64,000 nucleotides of DNA, taken from the IMG/VR virus record IMGVR_UViG_3300027304_000003; one strand, given 5' to 3'. The notes beneath the pieces are model-generated. The model was not told the DNA's origin. It saw only the letters and a program-made list of their open reading frames with translations, and ran no database searches. How positions within the stretch are numbered: position 1 is the first letter of the stretch; each line of letters begins with the position of its first letter. The position numbers and the translations under genes are program-made. Origin of the DNA: a virus (lineage: Duplodnaviria; Heunggongvirae; Uroviricota; Caudoviricetes). Of the stretch, positions 53,842-60,989 are shown in pieces.

Positions 53842-54184
53842 ATATAGTTTTTGTTGTTAGCAAATTGATCAGAGCTTCTGTTTTTTCTAGTGTCACCTTA
53901 GATGAACGTTTCTTTTGTTCAGATGTAGTTTCATCTATTATTATCCTTTCCATTGCCTGCTTCTTAGCATTCAATTGTCCAAGTCGTTTTATAGCTTTCT
54001 TCTCATTGAAATAGAACTTACCAAAGCCAGATATCTCTAGACTATTGTTAAGATCCATTGCCTCATTGGCAGACTGAAACTGATGGTTTATCACAGCCTC
54101 AATCATCTTTTCATTCATCATCATCTTAACTGCAAGCGTCCTAACTAGGAAGTCTTTAACAGACATGCTTATAGGCTTATCCAT
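53783..54184 (-). CDS. 133-aa HU/IHF-like DNA-binding protein.
   Basis: Two N-terminal helices followed by the GFGKFYF beta-arm-like motif. crAss-like phages are known to encode IHF-like proteins in this module. Confidence 0.5.
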   Translation of the reverse strand: MDKPISMSVKDFLVRTLAVKMMMNEKMIEAVINHQFQSANEAMDLNNSLEISGFGKFYFNEKKAIKRLGQLNAKKQAMERIIIDETTSEQKKRSSKVTLEKTEALINLLTTKTIYEDQLLSDIRGVEEQPLSS

Positions 54185-54551
54185 GTATTAGACTTATTTG
54201 CAATATAATATCCTTGTCGAAGTTGAGCAAGATGAGAGGATTGACCTTCACCTTTGTCCCATCCTTTACAAACACACCCATCTTCTTCAGCTTACTAATA
54301 ATGTTATTGATTGCAGGAGATGTACTGTCGTACTTCTCACAAAACTCCTTACGTATGTTAGCATAGGATATATTACCCTTCATGGCAGCAAACGCAATAA
54401 GCTGTATCTCCCTGTTTGTCAACTTAAGGTCGTTGACAGATGACAAGATCCTATAATACTTCTCAGCCAGGACGTAACTGTCCTCCACTGATCTTTTCAG
54501 TCGTTGTACAATAGGAGATTTAGGTTTGGTTTCCATAATTAGTTGATACAA
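54177..54551 (-). CDS. 124-aa putative winged-helix/HTH DNA-binding protein. First gene of the minus-strand operon.
   Basis: ORF adjacent to the regulatory region. The segment LTNREIQLIAFAAMKGNISYANIRKEF is HTH-like. Confidence 0.45.
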   Translation of the reverse strand: MYQLIMETKPKSPIVQRLKRSVEDSYVLAEKYYRILSSVNDLKLTNREIQLIAFAAMKGNISYANIRKEFCEKYDSTSPAINNIISKLKKMGVFVKDGTKVKVNPLILLNFDKDIILQISLIHG

Positions 54552-54614
54552 AGGTATGTATATCTTACCTATCTACAAATAACTATTTTAGTTATTGCAA
54601 AAGTTAATGCTATA

Positions 54615-54860
54615 TTATGCATCAAATCTCCTAAACAGGAAAATAACACTGAATAACAACAGTCCTATCCTAAGCTCCTGTTCTAACCCTTCATCTTCCA
54701 ACTTGTAGTTTCTATTAGACACTCCTAGTTCAAAACTATTGTAGTCTTTAGGTAGAAACTCTATACCTATCTCATACTCCTCAAAGCAGACTAACCCCCA
54801 TACAATCACTGCCATACTAAGTAACGTCACTATAACCAACAACACATTTACTACTACCAT
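54615..54860 (-). CDS. 81-aa small membrane protein with hydrophobic N- and C-terminal helices.
   Basis: ORF with two hydrophobic stretches. Confidence 0.45.
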   Translation of the reverse strand: MVVVNVLLVIVTLLSMAVIVWGLVCFEEYEIGIEFLPKDYNSFELGVSNRNYKLEDEGLEQELRIGLLLFSVIFLFRRFDA

Positions 54861-55126
54861 ATATCTAAGCTTTTATTAATGAGAGGTGAATTAGCAGGGC
54901 CCCCCCTAAATCCCCCCCAAAGATACTGCTAAATAAATTTACCAGCCAAATTTATTTTTTCCTATTATCAAAACTTGCAGGATTTTCTAGTTTTGATACA
55001 ACAGGATATTATATCATAAAGCATATAATATGTAAGATGATTCCATCATTATATGTAAAGACATATCATAATGTGTCATAAAAGCAACATTGTTAAGCTG
55101 AGCATATCCCTTATAAGACACATTAT

Positions 55127-55176
55127 GTAAAGCTATAGCTTGACAAAACGTAAGATGGGTAAAGCTATAGCTTGAC
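55127..55176. repeat. Two perfect 18-bp direct repeats GTAAAGCTATAGCTTGAC 32 bp apart, each containing the 12-bp palindrome AAGCTATAGCTT.
   Basis: Read directly at 55127-55144 and 55159-55176. Confidence 0.8.
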
Positions 55177-55268
55177 TTTTGGCAGAATATAGACTTGTTA
55201 TAACTTGCCAAATCAGGAAGTAAAACACAGCCAAACCCAGAAGTCCTTGTTACCTATTTATATAAATA

Positions 55269-55330
55269 TGTCACAAATATTTGAAAAATTGTGACACAAT
55301 GTGCATGAAGAATTTGGAAAAATTCATGCA
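55269..55330. repeat. Tandem pair of similar palindromic elements: TGTCACAA-N12-TTGTGACA and TGCATGAA-N13-TTCATGCA. Both spacers contain TTTG(G)AAAAA.
   Basis: Read directly at 55269-76/55289-96 and 55302-09/55323-30. Confidence 0.8.
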
Positions 55331-55525
55331 ACGTTCCTTGTGGAACTATCCTGTGCTTAGGCCCAAAATTTTATATAGCCCCCCTACCCCCTTTGTATGT
55401 ATAGGGGAGGAGGGTAACCCAGATTGCACCCCCGTGCACAAAACAGGGGGTTGACATAGCCCCCCTATGGCTCACAATTAACAAACCTATAGTGGAGACA
55501 CCACTACAAAACTGTAAAATTCGTT

Positions 55526-55912
55526 ATGGTAATCAATTCAGGCAACTTCTCACCAAATGGTAACTTCAATGGTTACAACACTAAAGGCGAAAGAATCCAC
55601 ATCTACAAGCGTCAGATGGATGCATTGGGCATTAAGGTTGATGCAGACTTTAAGCAATTCTTCGCTATAGTTGCAAAGAAGACTTATGGTGCAAGACTTG
55701 ACAAAGATGGTAATGCAATACCTTACGCTGATGGCAAGTTAACAATGACTCGTGATACTGCAACTGCAGTGTTCAAGACCAAGCAAGAGTACATTGACGC
55801 TCACGTGATAGACGCTACATTAGATGCAGAAGTTGCACAGGCTATCAAGAAAGAGTACACTGCTGTGGGCATCACAAGCGAAGCAGAGCTTGAAGAGTTG
55901 GCAGGGGCTTAA
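55526..55912 (+). CDS. 128-aa early protein, unknown function.
   Basis: First ORF of the plus-strand block; followed by a terminator hairpin. Confidence 0.7.
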   Translation: MVINSGNFSPNGNFNGYNTKGERIHIYKRQMDALGIKVDADFKQFFAIVAKKTYGARLDKDGNAIPYADGKLTMTRDTATAVFKTKQEYIDAHVIDATLDAEVAQAIKKEYTAVGITSEAELEELAGA

Positions 55913-55927
55913 TCTCACACTTAACAA

Positions 55928-55961
55928 GGGCTTGGAACATCATCCAAGCTCTTGTTTTCCC
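55928..55961 (+). terminator. Intrinsic terminator after the first early gene.
   Basis: GGGCTTGGA-acatca-TCCAAGCTC followed by TTGTTTTCCC. Confidence 0.6.
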
Positions 55962-56151
55962 TTATTCGTATATAAGGGTGGGTGTAATGACACGTTTGGG
56001 TGGGAATAATTATATAACTCACTGAAATTCAATACATTCTGTGTGAATGAACGAGATGGTGTAGGTTCTATTGACCCTTTTAGTGGTCTAAACAACATTT
56101 GATAATCTGTGCTATACAATACAATATATATAGCATTAAATAACAATTAAC

Positions 56152-56331
56152 ATGGAAAAGTCATTAGATGAATTAGTATATGCACTCTCTTGTGAGTGTA
56201 AGGAAGCTGTCTATTCTAACATAGAGCATATAGAGTTTGTTAGACAAATGGCAAAGAAGCTTGAAGCATTAGCTGGACAGATACAAAGAGAACATTCTAT
56301 AGCTATGTTAGAATCTTCTTATAATGGATAA
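56152..56331 (+). CDS. 59-aa small protein (MEKSLDELVYALSCECKEAVYSNIEHIEFVRQMAKKLEALAGQIQREHSIAMLESSYNG). It is below the ORF-track size cutoff.
   Basis: Hand translation; followed by a hairpin plus T-tract terminator. Confidence 0.5.
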   Translation: MEKSLDELVYALSCECKEAVYSNIEHIEFVRQMAKKLEALAGQIQREHSIAMLESSYNG

Positions 56332-56332
56332 T

Positions 56333-56360
56333 AAGAGCCTGTAATGGGCTCTTTTGTTTC
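56333..56360 (+). terminator. Intrinsic terminator after the 59-aa ORF.
   Basis: AAGAGCC-tgtaatg-GGCTCTT followed by TTGTTTC. Confidence 0.55.
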
Positions 56361-56390
56361 AATGTACCATTTCTATTTCCCAAGGATAGA

Positions 56391-56488
56391 CAGATGTAAT
56401 ACATGGCAGAACAGTGCTTCAGATTTGAGTTAGGGTATAAAAACCAATCCTCATCAAATTAGCTGACGAAGTGTATGTATTACATCTG
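56391..56488 (+). ncRNA. Candidate structured RNA element: a perfect 14-bp inverted repeat CAGATGTAATACAT / ATGTATTACATCTG enclosing about 70 nt, in a 200-nt intergenic spacer upstream of the acidic-protein gene.
   Basis: Read directly. An unusually long non-coding spacer for this genome. Confidence 0.3.
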
Positions 56489-56532
56489 AGTACAGAGGGA
56501 TTTTATTCACACACATATTAAATAAAAAACAC

Positions 56533-57039
56533 ATGAACAAGATTCAAGTCTTAATAGACAATGGCTTTATTACATTACAAGATGTATTCGATTATGTTAA
56601 TTCAGGAGAACCTGAGAACGATGCTGATCAAATGGATTGGTCTGATGATGATTACAAACAAATGGCTGCTGAAAATGAGGCTGCAGAACAATTAGCATTA
56701 GCTCATTTTCCTAATCTTGATGATTATCATCCAGAGTATGTTCTTGCTTCTACAAGTGATCTTATGCAAGAGACAATGGTATTTCCTTCTAATGCAGAAG
56801 GAGAAATCACTGATTATGGTGATCTAGCCTGTTTAGCATTAAGATATGGCTCTGATAATTGGGAAGATCCTATGGCTGCTGTTATTCAATTAAACACTGA
56901 TGAGTATAAATATATACATGTCAAGACGCTTGATAATGGTGGTAATAACATACATAATCTATTTAGAAAAATAAACACAGTTGAAGAACCATTAACAGAA
57001 ACAGACTATTGGGATGGTGATGCATCTCATTCTGAATAA
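56533..57039 (+). CDS. 168-aa strongly acidic protein. Candidate DNA-mimic/anti-restriction early protein.
   Basis: Asp/Glu-rich composition; early-block position. Confidence 0.6.
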   Translation: MNKIQVLIDNGFITLQDVFDYVNSGEPENDADQMDWSDDDYKQMAAENEAAEQLALAHFPNLDDYHPEYVLASTSDLMQETMVFPSNAEGEITDYGDLACLALRYGSDNWEDPMAAVIQLNTDEYKYIHVKTLDNGGNNIHNLFRKINTVEEPLTETDYWDGDASHSE

Positions 57040-57126
57040 TATATATCTCTGTCATTAGCCTTTAGCGTACCAAAGGCGATATATATTTATATAACACATT
57101 ATTAATCAATCATTTAACACACATTT

Positions 57127-57354
57127 ATGAACTTTATTAAACACATTGCTAATTTATTAGCACTATGGACAATACCATATGTAATTGTCCTATTCTTCTT
57201 ATTAGTATCAGGATTTGCATTTGTATACCAAGATGCTATTACTTCCACACCTTACATTATAGCTTATGCATTCTATTTTATGATGATGTCTATATTATAC
57301 ATGTCAGGTGATGAAAAGGACTTTGAAAGTATTAAATTATTTAAAATCAATTAG
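57127..57354 (+). CDS. 75-aa small membrane protein with two predicted TM helices.
   Basis: Hydrophobic segments LLALWTIPYVIVLFFLLVSGFAFVY and YIIAYAFYFMMMSILYM. Confidence 0.55.
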   Translation: MNFIKHIANLLALWTIPYVIVLFFLLVSGFAFVYQDAITSTPYIIAYAFYFMMMSILYMSGDEKDFESIKLFKIN

Positions 57355-57356
57355 TT

Positions 57357-57563
57357 ATGAAAATTACTAAAATAAGCTCATTAACAAAAGTTGAGCACAC
57401 TATGGACATAGATGTTACAGAAGAACAACTATGGAAGATTGAAAACAAGACAGATCTTATTCAACGTATTGTTCCTCATCTACCACCTGCAGAACGTGAG
57501 TTCTTAATGACAGGCATTACAGATGAAGAATGGCAATTAGCCTTTGCTGATATGGTAGAATAA
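57357..57563 (+). CDS. 68-aa protein, unknown function.
   Basis: ORF starting 3 nt after the previous stop. Confidence 0.5.
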   Translation: MKITKISSLTKVEHTMDIDVTEEQLWKIENKTDLIQRIVPHLPPAEREFLMTGITDEEWQLAFADMVE

Positions 57564-57590
57564 ATATTTATTAATTACACAATACACAAC

Positions 57591-57785
57591 ATGAAAAAAG
57601 CATTTAATTTATTTATAGCCATTATGATGGCTTTAATTACGACATTTATTATCCTATGGATATTATATACCTTTGAAGAGAGTGATCTTGGATGGGGTAT
57701 GTTAATACTTGTATCTATTACAGGTTATTTAACATCTGCATTGTATTTTTACAATCACAAACAAAACACAAAAAAGATTGGCTAG
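57591..57785 (+). CDS. 64-aa small membrane protein with two TM helices.
   Basis: LFIAIMMALITTFIILWILY and MLILVSITGYLTSALYFY. Confidence 0.55.
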   Translation: MKKAFNLFIAIMMALITTFIILWILYTFEESDLGWGMLILVSITGYLTSALYFYNHKQNTKKIG

Positions 57786-57864
57786 TTGGTAATATGTGTG
57801 TTAGATTTAGGGCTCTGCTTCCCCTAGCAGGGCTCTATTTTAATCATTATAAAAACAAACAATT

Positions 57865-58497
57865 ATGTTTATATTAGCAAAACTTATATTTAAATCATAT
57901 ATGCCCAAGCAATTGGAAGTAGGTATGTGGTTTAAAAGAGATCACAGTGATGTGGTCTATGGTAAAGTATATAACTATTTTACCATATATGAACTAAAAG
58001 AGATACCATATGACATGTACGAATACATGTCTACTAGTGGTGCACCAGTTGAACCATTCATTATTCAACCAATGACTAACCCTGATGATGTAGAGGATAT
58101 ACTTGTACGTCCTGAATACATAGGTTGGTGGGAAGATAACCTTGCTGAAGAGAATGAAGATGGTACATGGACAGATCACACTACATTAGAAGACTTGTCA
58201 CCCAAGATTATCAATGATTGGTTATATGGTGAGAATGGTGATAATGATGGTCTCATAGCTCTTGAGGTAGATGATGAGACTAGAGAACCACTGTTATATG
58301 AAGACACTGACAAGGTGATGATTAAACAAGCTGGCTTTGTAGATGAAGACGATTGGGATGATGATTATGATGTCACATCAAATGATGGATTAGAAGATGA
58401 AGAAAACTTTGATGATATGGATGACCTCACTGATTATGACAATCCTGAATGGCCACACGATCACCCTAAAGACAAGACAGATTATGACCCAGATTAA
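57865..58497 (+). CDS. 210-aa extremely acidic protein (DEDDWDDDYD..., EDEENFDDMDDLTDYD). Second DNA-mimic-like candidate.
   Basis: Composition; early block. Confidence 0.6.
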   Translation: MFILAKLIFKSYMPKQLEVGMWFKRDHSDVVYGKVYNYFTIYELKEIPYDMYEYMSTSGAPVEPFIIQPMTNPDDVEDILVRPEYIGWWEDNLAEENEDGTWTDHTTLEDLSPKIINDWLYGENGDNDGLIALEVDDETREPLLYEDTDKVMIKQAGFVDEDDWDDDYDVTSNDGLEDEENFDDMDDLTDYDNPEWPHDHPKDKTDYDPD

Positions 58498-58519
58498 TAA
58501 ACCCTTTAAAACCAAGGAG

Positions 58520-58675
58520 ATGAAGAAGCTATATGAAATTTTATTTGAAGATAAAAAGCCTGAGGAGCAGCCATTAAAGCTTGAGATAAAACTTAAGTCT
58601 ACAGCTACACCTGAAGAGCAATTAGAGATAAATGAGTGGTATAGACATGTCTATAACTCATTACAAAGAAATTAG
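58520..58675 (+). CDS. 51-aa small protein (MKKLYEILFEDKKPEEQ...). This is preferred over the track ORF 58397-58675, which starts inside the previous gene.
   Basis: ATG preceded by AAGGAGA; non-overlapping alternative. Confidence 0.4.
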   Translation: MKKLYEILFEDKKPEEQPLKLEIKLKSTATPEEQLEINEWYRHVYNSLQRN

Positions 58676-58680
58676 GTTAG

Positions 58681-59013
58681 ATGTGTGTGTGGTTAGTAAA
58701 CGAGAAAGCCCTGCAGAAATGTGGGGCTTTTCTTAAACCCATTATTATGAGAAGAAAAATAAAGAGTGGCATAATATACAGCACTATACTTAAGCCAGGC
58801 CAGAGAGCCACAGATAAGAGATATAAAGATGGAGTGGATACAGGTAGATTTAGTTCTAACAAAGTACCATTACCACTTAAACCAATGAGTCCTGTTTCAA
58901 CAAAGATAGCAGAAATGTTAGATAGTATACCTGATTGGGTTAATGATATACCAAAGCAGGTGATTAGACAACAACAAGCTAGTAGACATTTTAAAAACAA
59001 AAACAAAAAATAA
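58681..59013 (+). CDS. Basic small protein. The start is uncertain; the internal Met (MRRKIKSG) at about 58747 is an alternative.
   Basis: ORF. Confidence 0.5.
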   Translation: MCVWLVNEKALQKCGAFLKPIIMRRKIKSGIIYSTILKPGQRATDKRYKDGVDTGRFSSNKVPLPLKPMSPVSTKIAEMLDSIPDWVNDIPKQVIRQQQASRHFKNKNKK

Positions 59014-59017
59014 GCAC

Positions 59018-59305
59018 ATGAAAAACATGAAAATGTACTCTCAAGCAGAGTTATCAACAATGCAAGAAATGGCTAAAAAGCCTATTTCAACAACTAGATT
59101 AGCTAAAAGACTAGCTAAACAGTTCAACAGAACATATGGTGGGGTGTATGCTAAACTATTAATTATGCGTAGGCATACAAAAGTGGAGCCTGTTATCACC
59201 AACACTGTACGTACTAAAACAGTAGTGGAAGGTAAGAAACACACTATTAGTAGTAGACCAACCAAGATAGAGATTTCTGATCAAGGTATGACATTCTATT
59301 TCTAA
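59018..59305 (+). CDS. 95-aa basic protein, possibly DNA-binding.
   Basis: ORF; TTRLAKRLAKQFNRTYGGVYAKLL is helix-like and basic. Confidence 0.5.
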   Translation: MKNMKMYSQAELSTMQEMAKKPISTTRLAKRLAKQFNRTYGGVYAKLLIMRRHTKVEPVITNTVRTKTVVEGKKHTISSRPTKIEISDQGMTFYF

Positions 59306-59323
59306 CTAATAAACTAACACATC

Positions 59324-59572
59324 ATGTCTTACAGCCTAGTCTACAGTGCAAAACCACATTGCACACATACAATCCAGGTTTACGAACCAAACCAACAAGA
59401 TTCTCCTTATGTTAGGGGACTTAAAGCGTGCTCTAAACTAATAGATGTTATATTTGCTACCAAAGCACATTTTACACCATCTAAACGTTTACATATTAAG
59501 GGACGCAAATATATGTACATCAGCTCTGATACATATCAGCTACTCATCAGGGTAAAAAACTTTGACAAATGA
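59324..59572 (+). CDS. 82-aa protein, unknown function.
   Basis: ORF. Confidence 0.5.
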   Translation: MSYSLVYSAKPHCTHTIQVYEPNQQDSPYVRGLKACSKLIDVIFATKAHFTPSKRLHIKGRKYMYISSDTYQLLIRVKNFDK

Positions 59573-59683
59573 TATATTTTATTACCTTTGTATTACTAGT
59601 GTGGATATGGATCATTGCAGAATGGATGAACGCACCACCTGATGATACAAAACAAGACAAGGATGATTCAATTAAACCTAACG

Positions 59684-59712
59684 ATACCATCAGTCACAAA
59701 GACTGATGGTAT
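59684..59712 (+). promoter_or_regulatory. Perfect 12-bp stem-loop (ATACCATCAGTC-acaaa-GACTGATGGTAT) 16 nt upstream of the ATG at 59729. It is a regulatory hairpin or weak terminator.
   Basis: Read directly; only a weak U-tract (TTAAAT) follows. Confidence 0.5.
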
Positions 59713-59728
59713 TTAAATACAAAACAAC

Positions 59729-60031
59729 ATGGCAAAGATTAAAGTTCCAAAGGTGAAAGATTTAAGTGGTTATTTCTTTATGAGTATAGAGGGTAACATT
59801 GTAGATATAGTTTATCATGATAACACAGAGAATGGTTTAGCAATTGGTGCTGCATTTGCAAGTGCATTAGAGAAAGATAAACAATTATTTAAGGTATTGA
59901 GTGCTGCAATGATTACAGTTCTTAATGAAAAAGAGAAAGATAGTTCTAAAAAGAAACCTAATCCTAAGCAAATGAATGGTGTTAAGAGTGATGCACCATT
60001 TGTAAAGACTAGAAAAACTACAAAGAAATAG
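59729..60031 (+). CDS. 100-aa protein with a Lys-rich tail, unknown function.
   Basis: ORF preceded by a 12-bp stem hairpin. Confidence 0.55.
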   Translation: MAKIKVPKVKDLSGYFFMSIEGNIVDIVYHDNTENGLAIGAAFASALEKDKQLFKVLSAAMITVLNEKEKDSSKKKPNPKQMNGVKSDAPFVKTRKTTKK

Positions 60032-60183
60032 CTGCAGCATTAAAAATAAATTAACCTACACATTATGAATGAATATTTTAGTTATTATGAGAGCTTACAC
60101 AATCTTCCTAAATCAAAACAGAGGTATTATCTCTGGGACATGATTAAGTGGTGCATCAAAGCATACATTAAAACATATAAATA

Positions 60184-60399
60184 ATGGAAACATATATATC
60201 AGAAATAGACATAATGATAGCTATTAAAAAACAAAGAGCTACATTATCATATGATGATAAGTTTGATTTTGAAATAGAAACTAGTAAGTTAAACCTTACT
60301 GATAAAACAAGAGACAAACTTAATGGTAAACAGTCTGCATTAGAATTTAGGTTGAAGAAGTATGGTATGCATAAAGATAAAAACAAACCAATATTATGA
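60184..60399 (+). CDS. 71-aa protein, unknown function.
   Basis: ORF. A possible 39-aa ORF at 60065-60184 ends in TAATG on its start. Confidence 0.5.
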   Translation: METYISEIDIMIAIKKQRATLSYDDKFDFEIETSKLNLTDKTRDKLNGKQSALEFRLKKYGMHKDKNKPIL

Positions 60400-60629
60400 A
60401 AACTGCAATGCAAGAATTGATTGAATGGTATAATCAAGAACATTTTGTTAAAACAACATTTCATATTCAATTATTAAACAAATTTGAATCATTACTTGAA
60501 AAAGAAAAAGAGCAGATAATAGATGCTGCCAATCAAAAGATATTTGGCGATATAACTTTTACAGGTAGTGATGAAGTTATTACCAAGGGGGAAAACTACT
60601 ACAACCAAACCTATAACCAAAACAAATAA
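60396..60629 (+). CDS. 77-aa protein, unknown function.
   Basis: ORF with a 4-nt overlap on the previous gene. Confidence 0.5.
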   Translation: MKTAMQELIEWYNQEHFVKTTFHIQLLNKFESLLEKEKEQIIDAANQKIFGDITFTGSDEVITKGENYYNQTYNQNK

Positions 60630-60632
60630 CCT

Positions 60633-60866
60633 ATGAGAAAGAAAACACCAGCTCACTTAGTTAAAGAACTATCAAAAGCTAAACAAAAACAATATGTTGT
60701 AATGTATGAAAATACAGAAGCATGGGTAGTAGGTACAAAAAAAGACATAATTGATGATTTCAATGAAAATCCTGATACATATTTAGATGCTAAGGATAAG
60801 ATTAAAATTTATGAATTAGGTGAGCCTATAAAATTTAGTTTTGTTACACCACAAATAACATTTTAA
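60633..60866 (+). CDS. 77-aa protein, unknown function.
   Basis: ORF. Confidence 0.5.
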   Translation: MRKKTPAHLVKELSKAKQKQYVVMYENTEAWVVGTKKDIIDDFNENPDTYLDAKDKIKIYELGEPIKFSFVTPQITF

Positions 60867-60989
60867 TTATGTTAAGTTTATTAGAATGGATAACAGAAAA
60901 CAATTATGTTAGGTATAAAGATGATAAATGGTACAAACCAGCACAATTTCCCACTGTGTATTTAAAAGTTGAACAATTAATAGAACTAT

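Larger units (their letters stand above)
54861..55525. promoter_or_regulatory. Divergent regulatory region between the minus structural and plus early blocks. It holds C-homopolymer motifs, multiple palindromes and direct repeats; divergent promoters, operators and possibly ori or genome ends are expected here.
   Basis: 665 bp non-coding. Contents: GGGCCCCCCCTAAATCCCCCCC (54897-54918); TAGCCCCCCTA at 55377-87 and 55457-67; TTGACA at 55451-56; inverted repeats at 54966-98, 55269-96 and 55302-30; direct repeats at 55127-44 and 55159-76. Confidence 0.6.

Noticed and set aside
55014-55211. 65-aa minus-strand ORF inside the control region.
   Set aside because: It overlaps the direct repeats and palindromes, and the composition is not protein-like. 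The repeats are more parsimoniously regulatory DNA.
56040-56110. tRNA-like T-arm resemblance (GGTTCTATTGACC) in the spacer upstream of the 59-aa ORF.
   Set aside because: No acceptor-stem or anticodon-arm complementarity could be built. There is no tRNA here.
57813-57840. Sequence TAGCAGGGC shared between 54892-54900 and 57825-57833, plus the local direct repeat AGGGCTCT.
   Set aside because: A 9-mer match is near chance expectation for 2 x 64 kb. It was kept only as a note, not as a feature.
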